A DNA stretch of 64,000 nt from Tubulanus polymorphus (taxonomy: Eukaryota > Animalia > Nemertea): assembly GCF_964204645.1 (NCBI RefSeq), contig NC_134026.1, positions 29,980,150 through 30,044,149 on the forward strand. The letters run 5' to 3'. The notes below the pieces were generated by a model that searched no databases, had not been told where the DNA came from, and worked only from the letters and a program-made list of their open reading frames with translations. A program made the translations under genes and the position numbers. This document shows, one piece after another, positions 1 to 13,539 of the stretch; position 1 is the stretch's first letter, and every line of letters starts with the position of its first letter.

Positions 1-3000
1 CTCCACTTACGACTGTCATTGTTGATATCTTACATCTATATTCAGCATGTTCACCAGTATTATAGTGAACCTTATTCACATCGACTAGTTCTGAACCAAT
101 TCCCGGTTCGGGGTTTAGACACCCATTTACTGCAGAAACATTGCAGACAATCCTTTACTTAATTCCCAAATGATAACAAATAATAGCTATTTGTTTTCTT
201 TTTACCTCGACAATTAGGTAGGGATCCGCTTAACGTTCCATCCCACTGACAAACTCTGTCTAAATCGCCAGAAACATGAACGGTATCTGCCGCCTCAGTA
301 TTTCCACATCTATATTTGACTGTACTACCAGCATACCATCCAAGTCTAGATGGATTAGCTATAGTCGCAAGAGTGCCGAGCTCCGGTTCTCCGCAACTTG
401 TCTCTGAAAATGAAATTTTCATTCGCTCTAAAAACGATGTCAAATCTTAAATTATGGTTGATTTCTAGGATACTCTTAAGAATACGGACTGCACATTGGA
501 ATTGTACAATTTTCTTTTTTCAAGGTAGATTTTGAGAAACACCACGGGGTTTTTGCACCATCCGGATTCCTGCATTTATTTCCAGCAGCGACGACAGAGC
601 CATCGATGAACATTGAATCGGTATGGTAAACAGTAGGAGTATCTGACGTCCATTCCATACATGTATCTCCGGTATCAGTTTTACTTTGCGAACCGCGATA
701 CACCCAGTTCTTAGTCGGAAGTCGACAGTAATTTTCAGCTTCTAAGAATTCTAGAAATAGATTTGAAAAAATACGAATGAAATTTGTGCCAAATGTAAGA
801 AATTGAACGCGTCCAGCTCGCCGTTTACCTATGCATTGTGGTAATTGTCCCTTTATCCATAAGTCATCTCCGTAGCAGGTCACCTCAGATGGTTGGTTCA
901 GTAAGATGTAACCAGACTTACACGAGTAAAATGCTTTTTCCCCAGAATTGTAAATTCTGTTATCATTCACAGTAACACCAGGCATAACCAGCACTGGACA
1001 AGGAGCTTCAGCTGTAGAAGCTGCAAATCAACAATTCCATAATGTATCAAAGTTCATTCATAACCCATGTGAGTATGGATATCTATTAGGAGACACAGCA
1101 ACTATGAGATGATGATTACATTTACAAACTGGTGGTTCATCTTTGAAAAATCCATCGACGTCACAAACACGATTCCTCGATCCAGATACATGGTCAAAAT
1201 CCGGTATACAAACGTAGTTAACCGTATCACCAACAAAATACTCAATATAATCGTCGGTGATTATAGTATTTGTACCGGGTTCTGGAACTCCACAACTTCT
1301 CTCTACAAGATCAATTTCTACATTCTAAACATCAATTAAGGAAGCTTTCGATTGAACGTTTTCCGGTTCAGGAATAGCAATTCCGGATTACAAACTCTCT
1401 ACCGGCTGTTTCTATGGAATAGCAATTCCGGATTACAAACTCTCTACCGGCCGCCTCTATCGGGTTTACAGATTATGCTATTCCGGAATAGGAAGTGCAT
1501 ATTCTGATCGAAACGAACGCACCGAGTATTACGGAACCGGAAAAGGCCTACCTAAGTATCAATAAGAAACAGTATCGGGTAGTGAGCACTTACTACAAAC
1601 AGGAACATCGCAACTTTCTCTTTTTACTTCAGAATTCAGTGTATAACACCATATACGACCATAAACCGAAGCCGGATTTCGACAATAATTCTTGGCAGCG
1701 TTTACATCACGTTCTGGGTACCACGGGCCCCAGGTTAAACTGTGTTTAACAGGTGTTTGTGATGCCCACGCTTGACACGTAAAGCCTGATCTCGTCACAG
1801 ACACAGTTCCCATATATTCAGTACCACGTGGAGGATTAGTTATACATTGCTTTACTGCTTCATCTTTAGCTGCAACGACATCAACAATCTATTTGCTATG
1901 ATATGTATGAATGTATAGATAACTCATCAATACGATACCTTACCATAACATTTAGGGAAACCACTCGACCAAAGTTCTCCTCCGTAGCACGTTTTATATG
2001 CATAGGAATCGCCATCGATTTGGTAATAGCTAGCATCACAAATAAAGATTTCCTCTTCACCATGACTATATGAAGATTTACCACGCAGAGATATAACACC
2101 TTCGGGTAGTTCAGGCAATGTGCAACTACTGATCTCATCTCGTCCTAGAAAATGAACGGATATGAAATGAATTATTGGTTACGTGAAATAGAACAAAGCA
2201 TAATTCGGCTTCATACCTAAACAGTGGAGAGGTTTCCCGGTGAAGTCACCGCTTGCCGTACAAACACGAACTGAATCACCGTCAAATGGATGATAACCAT
2301 CATTACAATTATAACGAGCCTCAGATCCTTCTTTATATTGCGAAATCGGTGAAATCAAAGTAGAATTTCCGCCCTCAGTCTCCGGCAAGCCACAACTTAT
2401 ATCTAAATATCAGTATTCATATTCAAATAGATATATACGTTATCTAAATTTCTTCAGTAACAGACATCATACGATCAGTGAGTGAGAAAAACTTACAACA
2501 TCGAGGTACATCACATTTTTCGAATCTCTTGTAAATGCTAGTTGTATAACACCAAACATATTTCGCTGTAGATATTTTAGGGCGGCGGCAGTAATTAGAG
2601 GCAGCTTGAGCACTTCCATCTGTGAATATGTAGTCTTTATGAAAGCGATGACTATGAGGTGAATCAATCGCCCATCTTTGACATGGTATTCCTGAACTAC
2701 TCGTGCTGACATTGCCCACATAATATATTCCATCATTGGTGATACGACATCTTCTAACAGCAACATTTTCCGCTTAAACACATAAAAGATTTTTAATCAT
2801 TAAAATGATATATTCAACAAGTACAGAACCTAAATTCAGATTAGAGATGAGCAACTAATGACGAACTACATGAATTAGAATTGTTCATTGTTTATACTAC
2901 AGGCTGAGTATCACGAGTGTCCATGGGAATCTACAGTCACTCAGTTGTGTTCTAAGACGTTGTCAACCGAAACAAATCAACCGAATCAGCCTCGTGACGT

Positions 3001-6000
3001 CACGGTAACTATAAGCTGTGAAGGCAGAGTAATCGTTCCTATCCGTGGCCGAACGGGTTATTTGATCGCCTCCGAGACCGGATCTCCGAGATCGAATCTC
3101 GAGCCCGCACGCACATATCCACAAACGCGCACAATTTTAAGGTTAAATTCATTGCAGATTTTCTTGCTTTTATTTAATGTTTTAAAGAAGCATAATCATC
3201 AATGTTATGCTTTTTGTTCATATGCCTTGACAGCAGATTATAAATGAAGGTAAATCATTTTAAGCACAACTATGTATTTTGAGAAATGTTGGACTTACGG
3301 TAACATCTCGGGTATAGAGGATGTCCAATCCATTGAGTTCCTCCTTGGCATTTGACGGATGTTGCATTATCGGAAGGATCCATGTAGAATCCTTTACTAC
3401 AGGTGAGTGTGACTATAGAACCGTGAGAATAGTGGGACAGCTGATGACCAGTAACTTCCATTACACCAGCCGGCAGTTCCAGCGGTTCACATGTATTACT
3501 GGACATAATTTCTAAATCATTCAGAAGATATTGTAAATATATTTTCACAAGATGCAAAGTTAAACTCGAAACAAACATTTGCTAATAGTAATTTGTACCG
3601 ATGCATTCTACTGGTTCTTTGTCGTATTTTCCATTTTGCAGACAGTTTATATGTGCATTTCCACTGATGGCAGTAAAGCCGGGGTCACATTCGACTTCTA
3701 TTCTATCGCCGACCAGAAAAGATTTCTGCCCAACAACTCGAGTGTTCGGAGCCAGTAAAGGAGGTCCACAACTAACATCTAGAATTTATTAATACACAAG
3801 CATTTATTCATCCATTTTGTTTCGCGTGGTTTCACTAAGAATCGTCAGAAATACGTAGGAAATGATTAAAATGTTTATACCAGTTTTACGTATTAAACAA
3901 TAATCAGTTTTTACATCGGGGTCAGTTGTAAAACAAAACGCAAACGCGCTGTCGCTGTCTGTAGGATTCCTACAATAATTCTGAGCATCGTCAACGTTTG
4001 AATCGGTGAAATGTGAACCGGCAGTTTGAAATTTGTGAGCGTGTGGACTGCTTGAATTCCAATATTGACAGGAGTATCCGCGGATAGTTGTCGACAGTGA
4101 ACCTTTATAATCAGCACCGGATAATAAAAACGAAACTTTGTTTACAGCTTCTGATTTCGCTGAAATAAAATACGATATTATTTAGCGATGGATGATGATG
4201 ATGATGATGACTATTTAGAGGAGTCGCGGTGTCGTCGTCATGAAAACGTACAACTACATTTTGGGAGGACGCCTCGCCATTTGCCGCTAAAAGAACATTT
4301 CAAATTCAGATGACCTTTACTCAACGCGTAACCGCTCTCACAGGCTAGCGACACTGTTTCCAATGGTTTGTAGCGAGTTTTAACATTTCTTTCAACTTCG
4401 ACAACATGATCCGGTAATTTCAGAACGCAGTCATCAGCTGTAATATCAAATCATATATTTTTGTTTAGACTATTGTCATACGTAGAAACCGCTTCGGTCT
4501 TGCCTAACTTACTTTCGCAAACTGGAGGTGAACCGGAATATATTCCACTTCCCAAACACGTGATAGCAAGATCTCCGGATACATGATGATGGCCATCCAA
4601 GCATCTATATCGAATTACGCTTCCTTCATTGAAATGTACGTGTTGGGAAACTATTTCACTATGTTCACCAGGGTCTGGTATTCCACAACTAACAACACTA
4701 TCGGATTGAACTTCACCTAAACAACCACAATATACAGGATCCACTCAAACATACTGAATATATTCCGACCGATTTCTTTATTGGATTTTACCCTTAACTG
4801 AATGTATTTAAGAAATTCACAATCTACTGAAGGTAAATCATGTATGTAACCATTGATGAAACATTATCATTCCTGAAGATGACTGTCGAAACACTAAATA
4901 AACCACTAGCTTTAGGAGCAATTTTGAATGCATTCTCAGTGTGGGATTTCTATATTACGAATTCATCTAGGAACAAGGAATATTCGTCTAGGTCTGAATT
5001 TCTTCCTTAATTGCTTTGATGTGTTCAGTAAAACGGTGTAGAACCTAGACAAACCTTCGCATTTAGGGTAAGAGCCGATCCATTGGTCATTTCCATTACA
5101 AGTTAAAGCGGATTCGCTCGTCAGATGAAAGCCACTGTTACATATGAAATAAAGTTTCTCATTCAGTTGAAAATGTGGTCGAATATTCCACGGTTTAGCA
5201 TTCGGAATATTTGGTATCAAAGAACAGATCGCAGGTGCTGAAAGTGAAGAACGTCGCATTGAACATAGATGAAGGGATAACATGACGCGTATCCGTCTGT
5301 AACAAGATTATTACCCGTTGTAGGAGTGACGATAGCTTTGACAGAATATTCTCGACATTTAGTCGGATTGTGATTAAATTCAAACGACGCTCCGACAATA
5401 AGTTCATTTGAATCGATACTCCGTAAATTGTAAACATCGTCATAGGAACTATTTCCACTAACAACACAGGAATCATAAACTAATGGCTGTCCATGAATAT
5501 AATACCATCCTAGTAAATCTCCCGATTTTGCTTGAATACGTTCGCCTTTAGGAACCTTCATGTACATGTTCCTTTCCTTTTTCGCCGTGAATTCATTTTG
5601 CCCAACTAACGTAAACGTTTTAAAGTCATACGTTCTCCAAACTTGAAGAGCCACGGCACCTTCTTCACGGCTGTAAAACTGCCATTCGGAGACTTCACCA
5701 TCATTTATGATTATAGAACTGATATCTGCAACTATGGGCCATTCTTCATCACTGTAACGTCGGGTTAATAATTCCTCGCCGACTTCCATGGGTAGAAAAC
5801 TCGCATCTTAGAAAGAAAATTAAACCATGGATAAGTAATTTGAGTACAAGCATATTAAGGACTTTGAGTGATATTTAGAGATATCAAAATGACTACCATA
5901 ACAAGCTGGTAGATCACCGAGAAACGTTCCATCTTCCTGGCAATATCTGTAAATACTTCCAGAATATAAAGACATGTGAGTATAACATTCAAATACAGCA

Positions 6001-9000
6001 GTTTGTCCGGGGTAATACACGCTATCCGTCGATGTTCTTCTAGCATTGATACCAGTTCCAGCGCTGCCACAACTTTTCAATGCTGCAAAATAAGTAACTT
6101 TTTCACTATTCGAATACACACCAAAACATTTTAGACGAGAAATTATTTCTTCACTCGACCTGTACTTACGTATTTCCTGTTGACAAAATCCGCAAGATTT
6201 TGGGCATTTGTATTCGGCAACTACTGGATACTTAACGCAAGCGCCATGATCGTCTTGTAGTGTTTCATTGCAGTTTGGTTGCAGATCAACACAGCGCGTT
6301 GGTCCAGATCCTGATAAGAGTTCACAGTAAAATCAGTTGTAGATTATAATATTGTTATACGGTGGAAAAAGTGACTTACCTGGATTTTTTCCACTGCAAA
6401 CTACATAATTGAATCCATCGCAAACTACGCCTTTCCATTGGACTTTTCCACTCGCTGTGATTACAGCACAATTTTTTTGCGATGATTTTTTATACCAGCC
6501 CCAGTTTGTGTAATTGACCGGAGCTAGATCACTGCGCCCTACCCAAACATCGCTTTCCGTTCTAGTAATATCAAGCCAGACAGATGCTAAATAATGTCGA
6601 CTAAAGATTCCTGATTCCAGTCTAAGAAGAAGAAATTATTGTGAATTTTGAAAATATGTCATTCAACTCAAAACCTAAATTTGAATTCAAAGAAATAAGA
6701 AAAAGGTTTTCGTACATGAATTCTGCAGCGACGTTCTCTTCGTGTAAGCTGTTTATCATCAATAGTTTAAAACCGTCGTTTAGACAATGCGCTTCAGCAT
6801 TGACAAAATCCATCAATATTACAACTGCTTTGAAACATTCGTCTCCGATTTGCTTGTAACCATACGGGCAACCTAATATGACATTTAATCGATTCTAGCG
6901 AAAAGTTGAAAAATTCCTTGTTTTCATTTCATGATTTTTCACCTACATACAGATTGATATATGATCACGTCACGATTGATTTTTCCATTGCGGTTTCATT
7001 CACGATAAGTTAATCTGAACGAATGATAAAAATTACCTGCGCACATGAATCCATTACCACTCCATTTACCATCGCTTAAACACATTCTTCTCGATAATCC
7101 ATCTCCATATAAACAGCGAAACGTAACCTCATCGCCAACTTTATACGACTGATTCAAACGTGTCAAAGGAGAAGCAGTTACGTCGTCGTAAAAAGGTTGG
7201 CCACATGAGATCACTTCAATGAATAAGAGGAAAACTATGAATTGACATGAAAATACGATACGCGTTTTATGAGTGGGATTTGACTTACTTGAAACTGGCA
7301 AAGGTTTAGTATCACATAGATTACAGGTTGCGCGACATCCCTCTAATGCTTCTGGGTTTGAATCGCAATAATTCAATTCGTCCTCTTTACGTTCTTCACA
7401 ATCCAAATAAATATCCCGACAGGGATCTGTAATTTATAGTTTAATCTAGTTTTTCTACATTAGGTTTTGCAGTTAATTGCGATCTATTTTTTCTTAATCT
7501 ACGTATATATATTTGATTATAGATAAATGAAGAGTACTGACTAGTCAGACAGGGATCGCATGCATCTTGAATACAGTCCTCCATGTTAGTGTAACACCAC
7601 GGTTCCACTATTCCGTTCGGATTTCTACAGAAGTTATTTCCCTCCAAACCGGCATCGAATCCGCTATCAATAACAATAGAATCAACGTTCAACAATAGAG
7701 ATAAGACATATGATCAAATCAAGTCGAATAGAATATACACGTATTACCTATGTACAAATGGATTATTTTTACAATGCGTCATCAATTTCCACGGAAGACA
7801 TGTTTTATACGACTGTGTATGACTGACGGTTCCCCGGTAAGATCGCCCATCATCGTCCACATTATAGCAGTATTCATCAGCTTCAATATATAAAAAAGCA
7901 AAAAGAGTTAAAAGAATTAGTTCGGATGAAGTCAATGTGTATGTAAATCATCGGATGTTTATACCAGTGATCAAGTGAAGAGTTGCTGAAAAGCCTCTAT
8001 CGGTTATCAGATCGTTTGTTTGCATGCTCAGTCCCATGAAATTCGATTTACTCAGAAATCCTTTATATGTACCGTCATTATTCCCACAAATCCTATATAA
8101 TATAAAATGATATTTCATTATTAGTAGGCAGACGTACTCCATGATCAACCTAAAAACTATGAATCGTGAAGGCTATTTCTACCTTTTTCCATATTGGCCC
8201 ATATGGTTTTTCCTATACTCCAAGAAATCGTAGCAGTAGTCATTTTCAGCTTCCATTTGTATATCATCAATAACCATATGGATAAATGATTTTTCTGGGG
8301 CCTTCAAAATATATTTCATATCATCATTGAAAGTACGTTTCAAAGTAAATAAGAAAGCAAAACCATAAGATCTCGATGATATTACCTTAATCATCCAATT
8401 ACATTCAATACTATTGTCATAATTATTCGGATAGTTTGGAGATTTTATAGTCAGTTCGTTATTCGTTTCCGTTAGAGCGTAAATTCCACCACAATCTAGA
8501 TATTTGAAAGGAGAAAAAGTGAATTACTTCATCACTATCCAGAGTTAATCGACCCGTGAATAGATGTATTAATATAGATTCACCTGCTGGAGTTGATACT
8601 GGGTAATAGTAACATACGTAAACTTGCAATGATCCCCAAAATGTTGTATAATAAGGACTTGGATCTGTTATATCAAATTTCTTGGTCGAAAATCGTATGT
8701 ATTCCATTTCGTCATAGGTTCCTGTATGGCGTATAGGATAAGTATCACGCAATGTCGTAGGTCAATGTTTAAACGGATTATGGATTGGATTAACGATAAT
8801 TACCTTCGATTTTCTGGCAATGTTCGTCGTAAGGGAATAAAACGAATGGTTTATCCGTTGGTAAACTCATTGGTTTAATAGCCTGTGTCACGCCGTCATC
8901 TCTACAGCAGTATTCTATCGAAGTTGTTGTATTTGTGTAAACCCCATCAGGACCGTCACCGACTAATTCCCTACCACTGATATCTAACCAGGAAATAGAT

Positions 9001-11589
9001 CCTGCGTAAAAATCTACGATGAATGAAAAAGAACGCGATTATACCTTCATGAAAATGATTAATATAATTCAATAAAGTCGCAAATTTTACTGTTTACCGA
9101 TTGGGCATTCTCCTTTTTTGAAGATACAGTAAGATCCTTGCGGCCATTTCATACCATTATCCGGAAAATTTGCCATGCAAAATTCAAATCTGTAGAAGTG
9201 AGGGTCAGTATTGGACCAACGCGCAGTTGACAGACCCCACTGGTATGAACGTTCACCATCAGACATACTAACAGTCCAACTTCCAGTCGCAAAGCCATCC
9301 GTCGGACAACCGCCAATCGGAGAAAGAAATCCATAACTACCAGACGGCCACTGTTTAACATCAACTAGAGAAAGAAATATCATAAACAAGTATTTTTACG
9401 TAAGATACATAGTACACCGAGACTTTCATACATAGCAGACTTTTTAGATTTTTCTAACCTGTTTTTATGCGGAAAATCTCGTCGCACAAATCACCAGTAA
9501 AACCAGGAGGACATAAACACTGACATTTACCATCAACCACGGTTTGTATTCCTTCATTCAGACACTCCACCAGCTTCTCACAATACATCTCTATATAGAA
9601 TATATTACTGATACCATTCTTTTCACGGAATTGATATCTCGAATTCACGAGGATATGAGTATTACAAACCGGCGCATCTGTAGACTTGATTGATGCTTTT
9701 TAAATCGTAGAAAGTCGGAACACCACTGGAGGCAATCAGGAAACGAAAATGTTTATCCAAAGAATCGTAGACTCGCTTTTTACCTTTAGCAAAAGCCTGG
9801 AAAATCGTATTTGAGAAAAACGAGATGATTTAGAACAATTCAAATCCATCATATTTTGTCCGTACCCTCTGTTATAAGCGAGTAGTCGGATTCAGTTTAG
9901 GGAAACGGAAATCACTCACGTATGGTCCGTATTGCATTATACTTGAGACATCATAAGGCACATTATTAGTATAGCTGGACTCATCCTTAGTTTGACCACC
10001 ACCCGCAATACCTAAAATACCACGAAGTACTCCATGCATCCAACTAACAATATTGACATTATTTATGCGCTTTTTAAAATGAAGTGTTATTTACGTGCGT
10101 TATCCAGATTGATTGTGATATATTTATGACGATTTATTCTTGACTGTTCGTGCTGCAATCCTAACAGGTGGCCGACTTCATGAGTTGTTACAGACTGGAA
10201 AAAGTTTTAAAAACCATTTTAGAACTCGCTTAAACATTCGCAGAAGCGTCCTGAAGACATGGTGATATTATTCCTGGGGATATAGAAACTCACAGGAATA
10301 GAGAAAAATCATCTTAAAATACTTACACCAGAACAAGCGGAAATCGGTTGGGTGTTATCTTTGATTGCGAACTGACCGATCATTGAAAAGCATCTAAAAA
10401 ATTTGGTTTCAGAGATTTTTCAATTATATCTAAAGAGAAATGCTCGACATCATTGAGAATTCAATAGATTCACAAGACGTTGATACTCACGAACCACCGT
10501 TAGTGAACGTAGCGAAGCTGGTTTGTTCAAGTCTCCCGACGTCTTCGTTTAAACCCTCGTAATATGGATAAAACCTAATACACGTTTTCCACTCGTAGAA
10601 AGCCATAGCGTCATAAATAGACTTTACACTCTCAGCATCTTAATGATAAAATAAACTACATTTTTTTGGCGGAAATGACGGGTTTATATACATATGTTTG
10701 TTTATCATTGTGACATATACGATTGTCTTCTTATACTAAACACTACCCAACCCTCGATGGGCTTCAAGTCGCCATTTAAACAGATTGAATACGTTAATAG
10801 ATTGAAGTGCCACTAAAAAGGACATGAATTACTTTTATAGTAGTTCAATAAATGTTGCTAGACTTATTCGATAGTTAGACATTCATTTCGCAATTGAAAT
10901 TGTTCTTTTTTTTCTTAGATCTACAAGTATAAATCTAAAGACTAGATCGATGATAGTTGATTATACATTACTCGGTACAGAGTCACTTGGTTCATATTTT
11001 CCGATGACATATGGTACGATTCCTGCCTCCCAAAGACGACCGGTTTCAGGTTTTAGAATTTTTCTTTTCTTTCGTTCGTGTGCGTCAGTATCATTAACGG
11101 GAACGATATCATCTAACAATTCAGCTATACCACTCTCAATCTACAAATCAAACAGATTATCATCAGTGATTGGAGAACTGAATAAAACAGGAATTCACTT
11201 CTCTCACGTTGTTATCTACCGGTTCTCGCTGTAAAACTATTTTTCTCGCTATATTGATAAGTTGATCGGGTTGAGTGTGATGTTGATATTCTTCGGGAAA
11301 CTTCGATATGGCTTCCACTAATGACGCCATGACGAAATCCATATCAAACGTCCAATCGCCATCACCCGTCTATTCAATATGAATGAAAAACCATTTACTT
11401 TAGAAATACAAAAGTATCAAGATTGTTTCCACCACATTTCGAGCAGATATTTTGAGATATGACCTGGGTAAATGTGACGTCATCGTGAGTTATATCATTT
11501 TCTGGTCTTATAACGTAACTAGCGCTATAACCAGTAGAATGTGTGAATCCTTCGTTATCCAGGTTCTCTTCAATTGCTTCTTCCGGCTG

Positions 11590-11674
<85 letters not shown>

Positions 11675-11813
11675 TTTAAAAGTAGAAAATCTCTCAGACT
11701 TTTCAATGATTATCTTGCGTATAGTACATCTCACCTCTTTTGGATACTTCGGTTTATTGATAACCGATGTTTGAACAGGGTTTGATGTCAGTATAAAGCA
11801 CGCACCAATCAAA
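1..11813 (-). CDS. Multi-exon mosaic astacin (M12A) metalloprotease: pro-astacin-EGF-apextrin-like-CUB-kringle-ShK-sushi-C-type lectin-ShK-sushi-unassigned domain-[sushi-sushi-kringle]x4-sushi-sushi... Start codon unresolved; 3' end lies outside the window.
   Basis: Hand-spliced minus-strand exons give HEVGHLLGLQHEQSR (10182 downward), Met-turn PYDVSSIMQYG (~9925-9960), furin-like site HERKKR before LWEAGIVPYVI (~11010-11080), EGF CQCLCPPGFTGDLC, apextrin-like WPSGSYG/WPQGSYCIFKKGECP, kringle NYCRNP/PWCYT motifs and repeated CCP/sushi cysteine patterns. Confidence 0.9.
1359..1543. repeat. Intronic MITE-like relic with ~45 bp internal direct repeat
   Basis: ggaatagcaattccggattacaaactctctaccggc occurs at 1371 and 1416. 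It is flanked by inverted TTTTCCGGTTC / GAACCGGAAAA. Confidence 0.55.
11592..11671. repeat. (AT)n microsatellite in an astacin-gene intron
   Basis: About 40 perfect AT units next to the minus-strand 3' splice site. Confidence 0.97.
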
Positions 11814-13003
11814 CTGTTAAAAAAACGTGTTGCTTTTTGAAATATTATAAGAGTTGTAGAGGAGACGTGTTAACCTAGTGTTAAATCAATAAACGTGAAT
11901 AATGGACGTAGCACTTTGTAAGTTAACTAGATTTTATTAAATTCCTACATTTCCTACTACGGGTCGAGAACTACTAATATGGACTTGAATGTTTCCCGGA
12001 ATTCACGGAAATTATTATATTTTTCCCTTTGTACCAAAGTGCTTGCAATACCTGGTAACTAAACTGAAACACTGAGGCGGTCAAATAATAGGACAACTGT
12101 AGTGCATAAAGCTTCATCACGTACATATTGAGTCATTTGATAGCTTCACCGTAAAAAATCGTATTTTTGATAAAATCTAGCTTACCTAACACAGCACTAC
12201 TATATAGTCTTCGCGTTTTACTCATTTAGATTAAGTATTTCTGCTACTTTTAGAACGACCGCGGTCGTCGTGTGTCCTGCTAATTGATTCATATCTTCTC
12301 TTAGAAACCTTTCTTTGATTTCTAACACATTTTTCATCTTCACACATACCTGATAAAACATATCAATCCAACTGGATTCCGAGCGATATAAGTCATCATC
12401 ATCTTGTGAGAATTCGTTGAATTCAAATTTAATTTTCACAAACCCTCTCTATATATACACAGGGGGTAAAATCATTAATTTTTGCAAGATTTATTTCATC
12501 ATTTTCTTCCGGATATTAAATTCACATAAATTCAATTAATTACTGCGGCGAATTAATCGATGATTTTGTTCTGTAAATCTGATCGGATTACTGGACGAAT
12601 GAAAATTGAAATGGTCCATTTGTTCCAAATAATTGATGATTTTCATTTCACTCATATTTTATTGATGCGTGATGTGTGAAATCTTTTCATTGTGTTGTAT
12701 ATGATTGAATAAGACAGATGTGAAAAAGTTGCTTAATTAAAAAATTTACATATATATTAAAGAATGGCTGGTAGAATCTAAAGTTTATCGATACTCATAA
12801 AAGTATTCACTGCGATTCGCGCAGAAAATACGTTGCTTTTTGTATGAAATAAGTATAATATCTATTAATGAAGTCCATTGAATTTATAAGCATTACTTAA
12901 TTTAAAATTTTGGGAGCAATTCTGGCTGGTCAGCACGTACAGCTCAATGGGTTGTTACACTAATTCAGACCAACTTCCCGTTGGAAGACGAGTTTTCTCG
13001 TGA

Positions 13004-13078
13004 GAGTTTAATGGTCTATAGGTTAGCGTGCAGGACTTGCCGCCAGCAGGTTCTGGGTTCGAGGTGTGGCAGGCAATC
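13004..13078 (+). pseudogene. tRNA-derived fragment / SINE head
   Basis: A-box-like TGGTCTATAGG and B-box GGTTCGAG at tRNA-like spacing. Acceptor and T stems do not pair well. Confidence 0.35.
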
Positions 13079-13539
13079 TCGAAATGTTCATTCTTTTTTT
13101 ATTGGAAAGATTATTTTGTTTTATTAAAGAATTCTGAATGACGATATTAAATTGTATAAAAAATTTGTAGAAGTTTAGCGAATTGTCTCAGCTGCAGTGT
13201 AGCACATACTTAGTTATTAATCGTAGTTATGGAATAACGATGCGATGAAATTAAAATTCGTCGATTGAAAAACACAAATATCGGTGAGTGTGAGTTACAA
13301 ATGAAATACATATAACTGATAAAACTTTACTTGAGGTAGACTGGCATTCAACGCGTTGTTTTTATTGTAAATAAATCTGGATCGAATTTGATACGAAACA
13401 TCTAGTTTTTTAGTGTTTCACAGCAAAAAAAAAACGGATGCAAAACGACGAAATAATATATCGCGTTAATATCAATTGAAATGGAGGACGAGTAGATTTT
13501 AGTGGCGTTTCTGGCCTGATGCGACTAAAACTGCTGGTG

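Noticed and set aside
743-828. Stop-free in-frame introns (also near 7217-7289 and 24542-24636) suggesting regulated retention
   Set aside because: Short introns are stop-free by chance fairly often; splice sites are canonical and the translations are not domain-like.
11395-11812. ORFs with poly-(IY) tracts
   Set aside because: Translation artefacts of the intronic (AT)n microsatellite.
13004-13078. Functional tRNA gene
   Set aside because: A and B boxes are present but the cloverleaf stems do not close; treated as a tRNA-derived relic.
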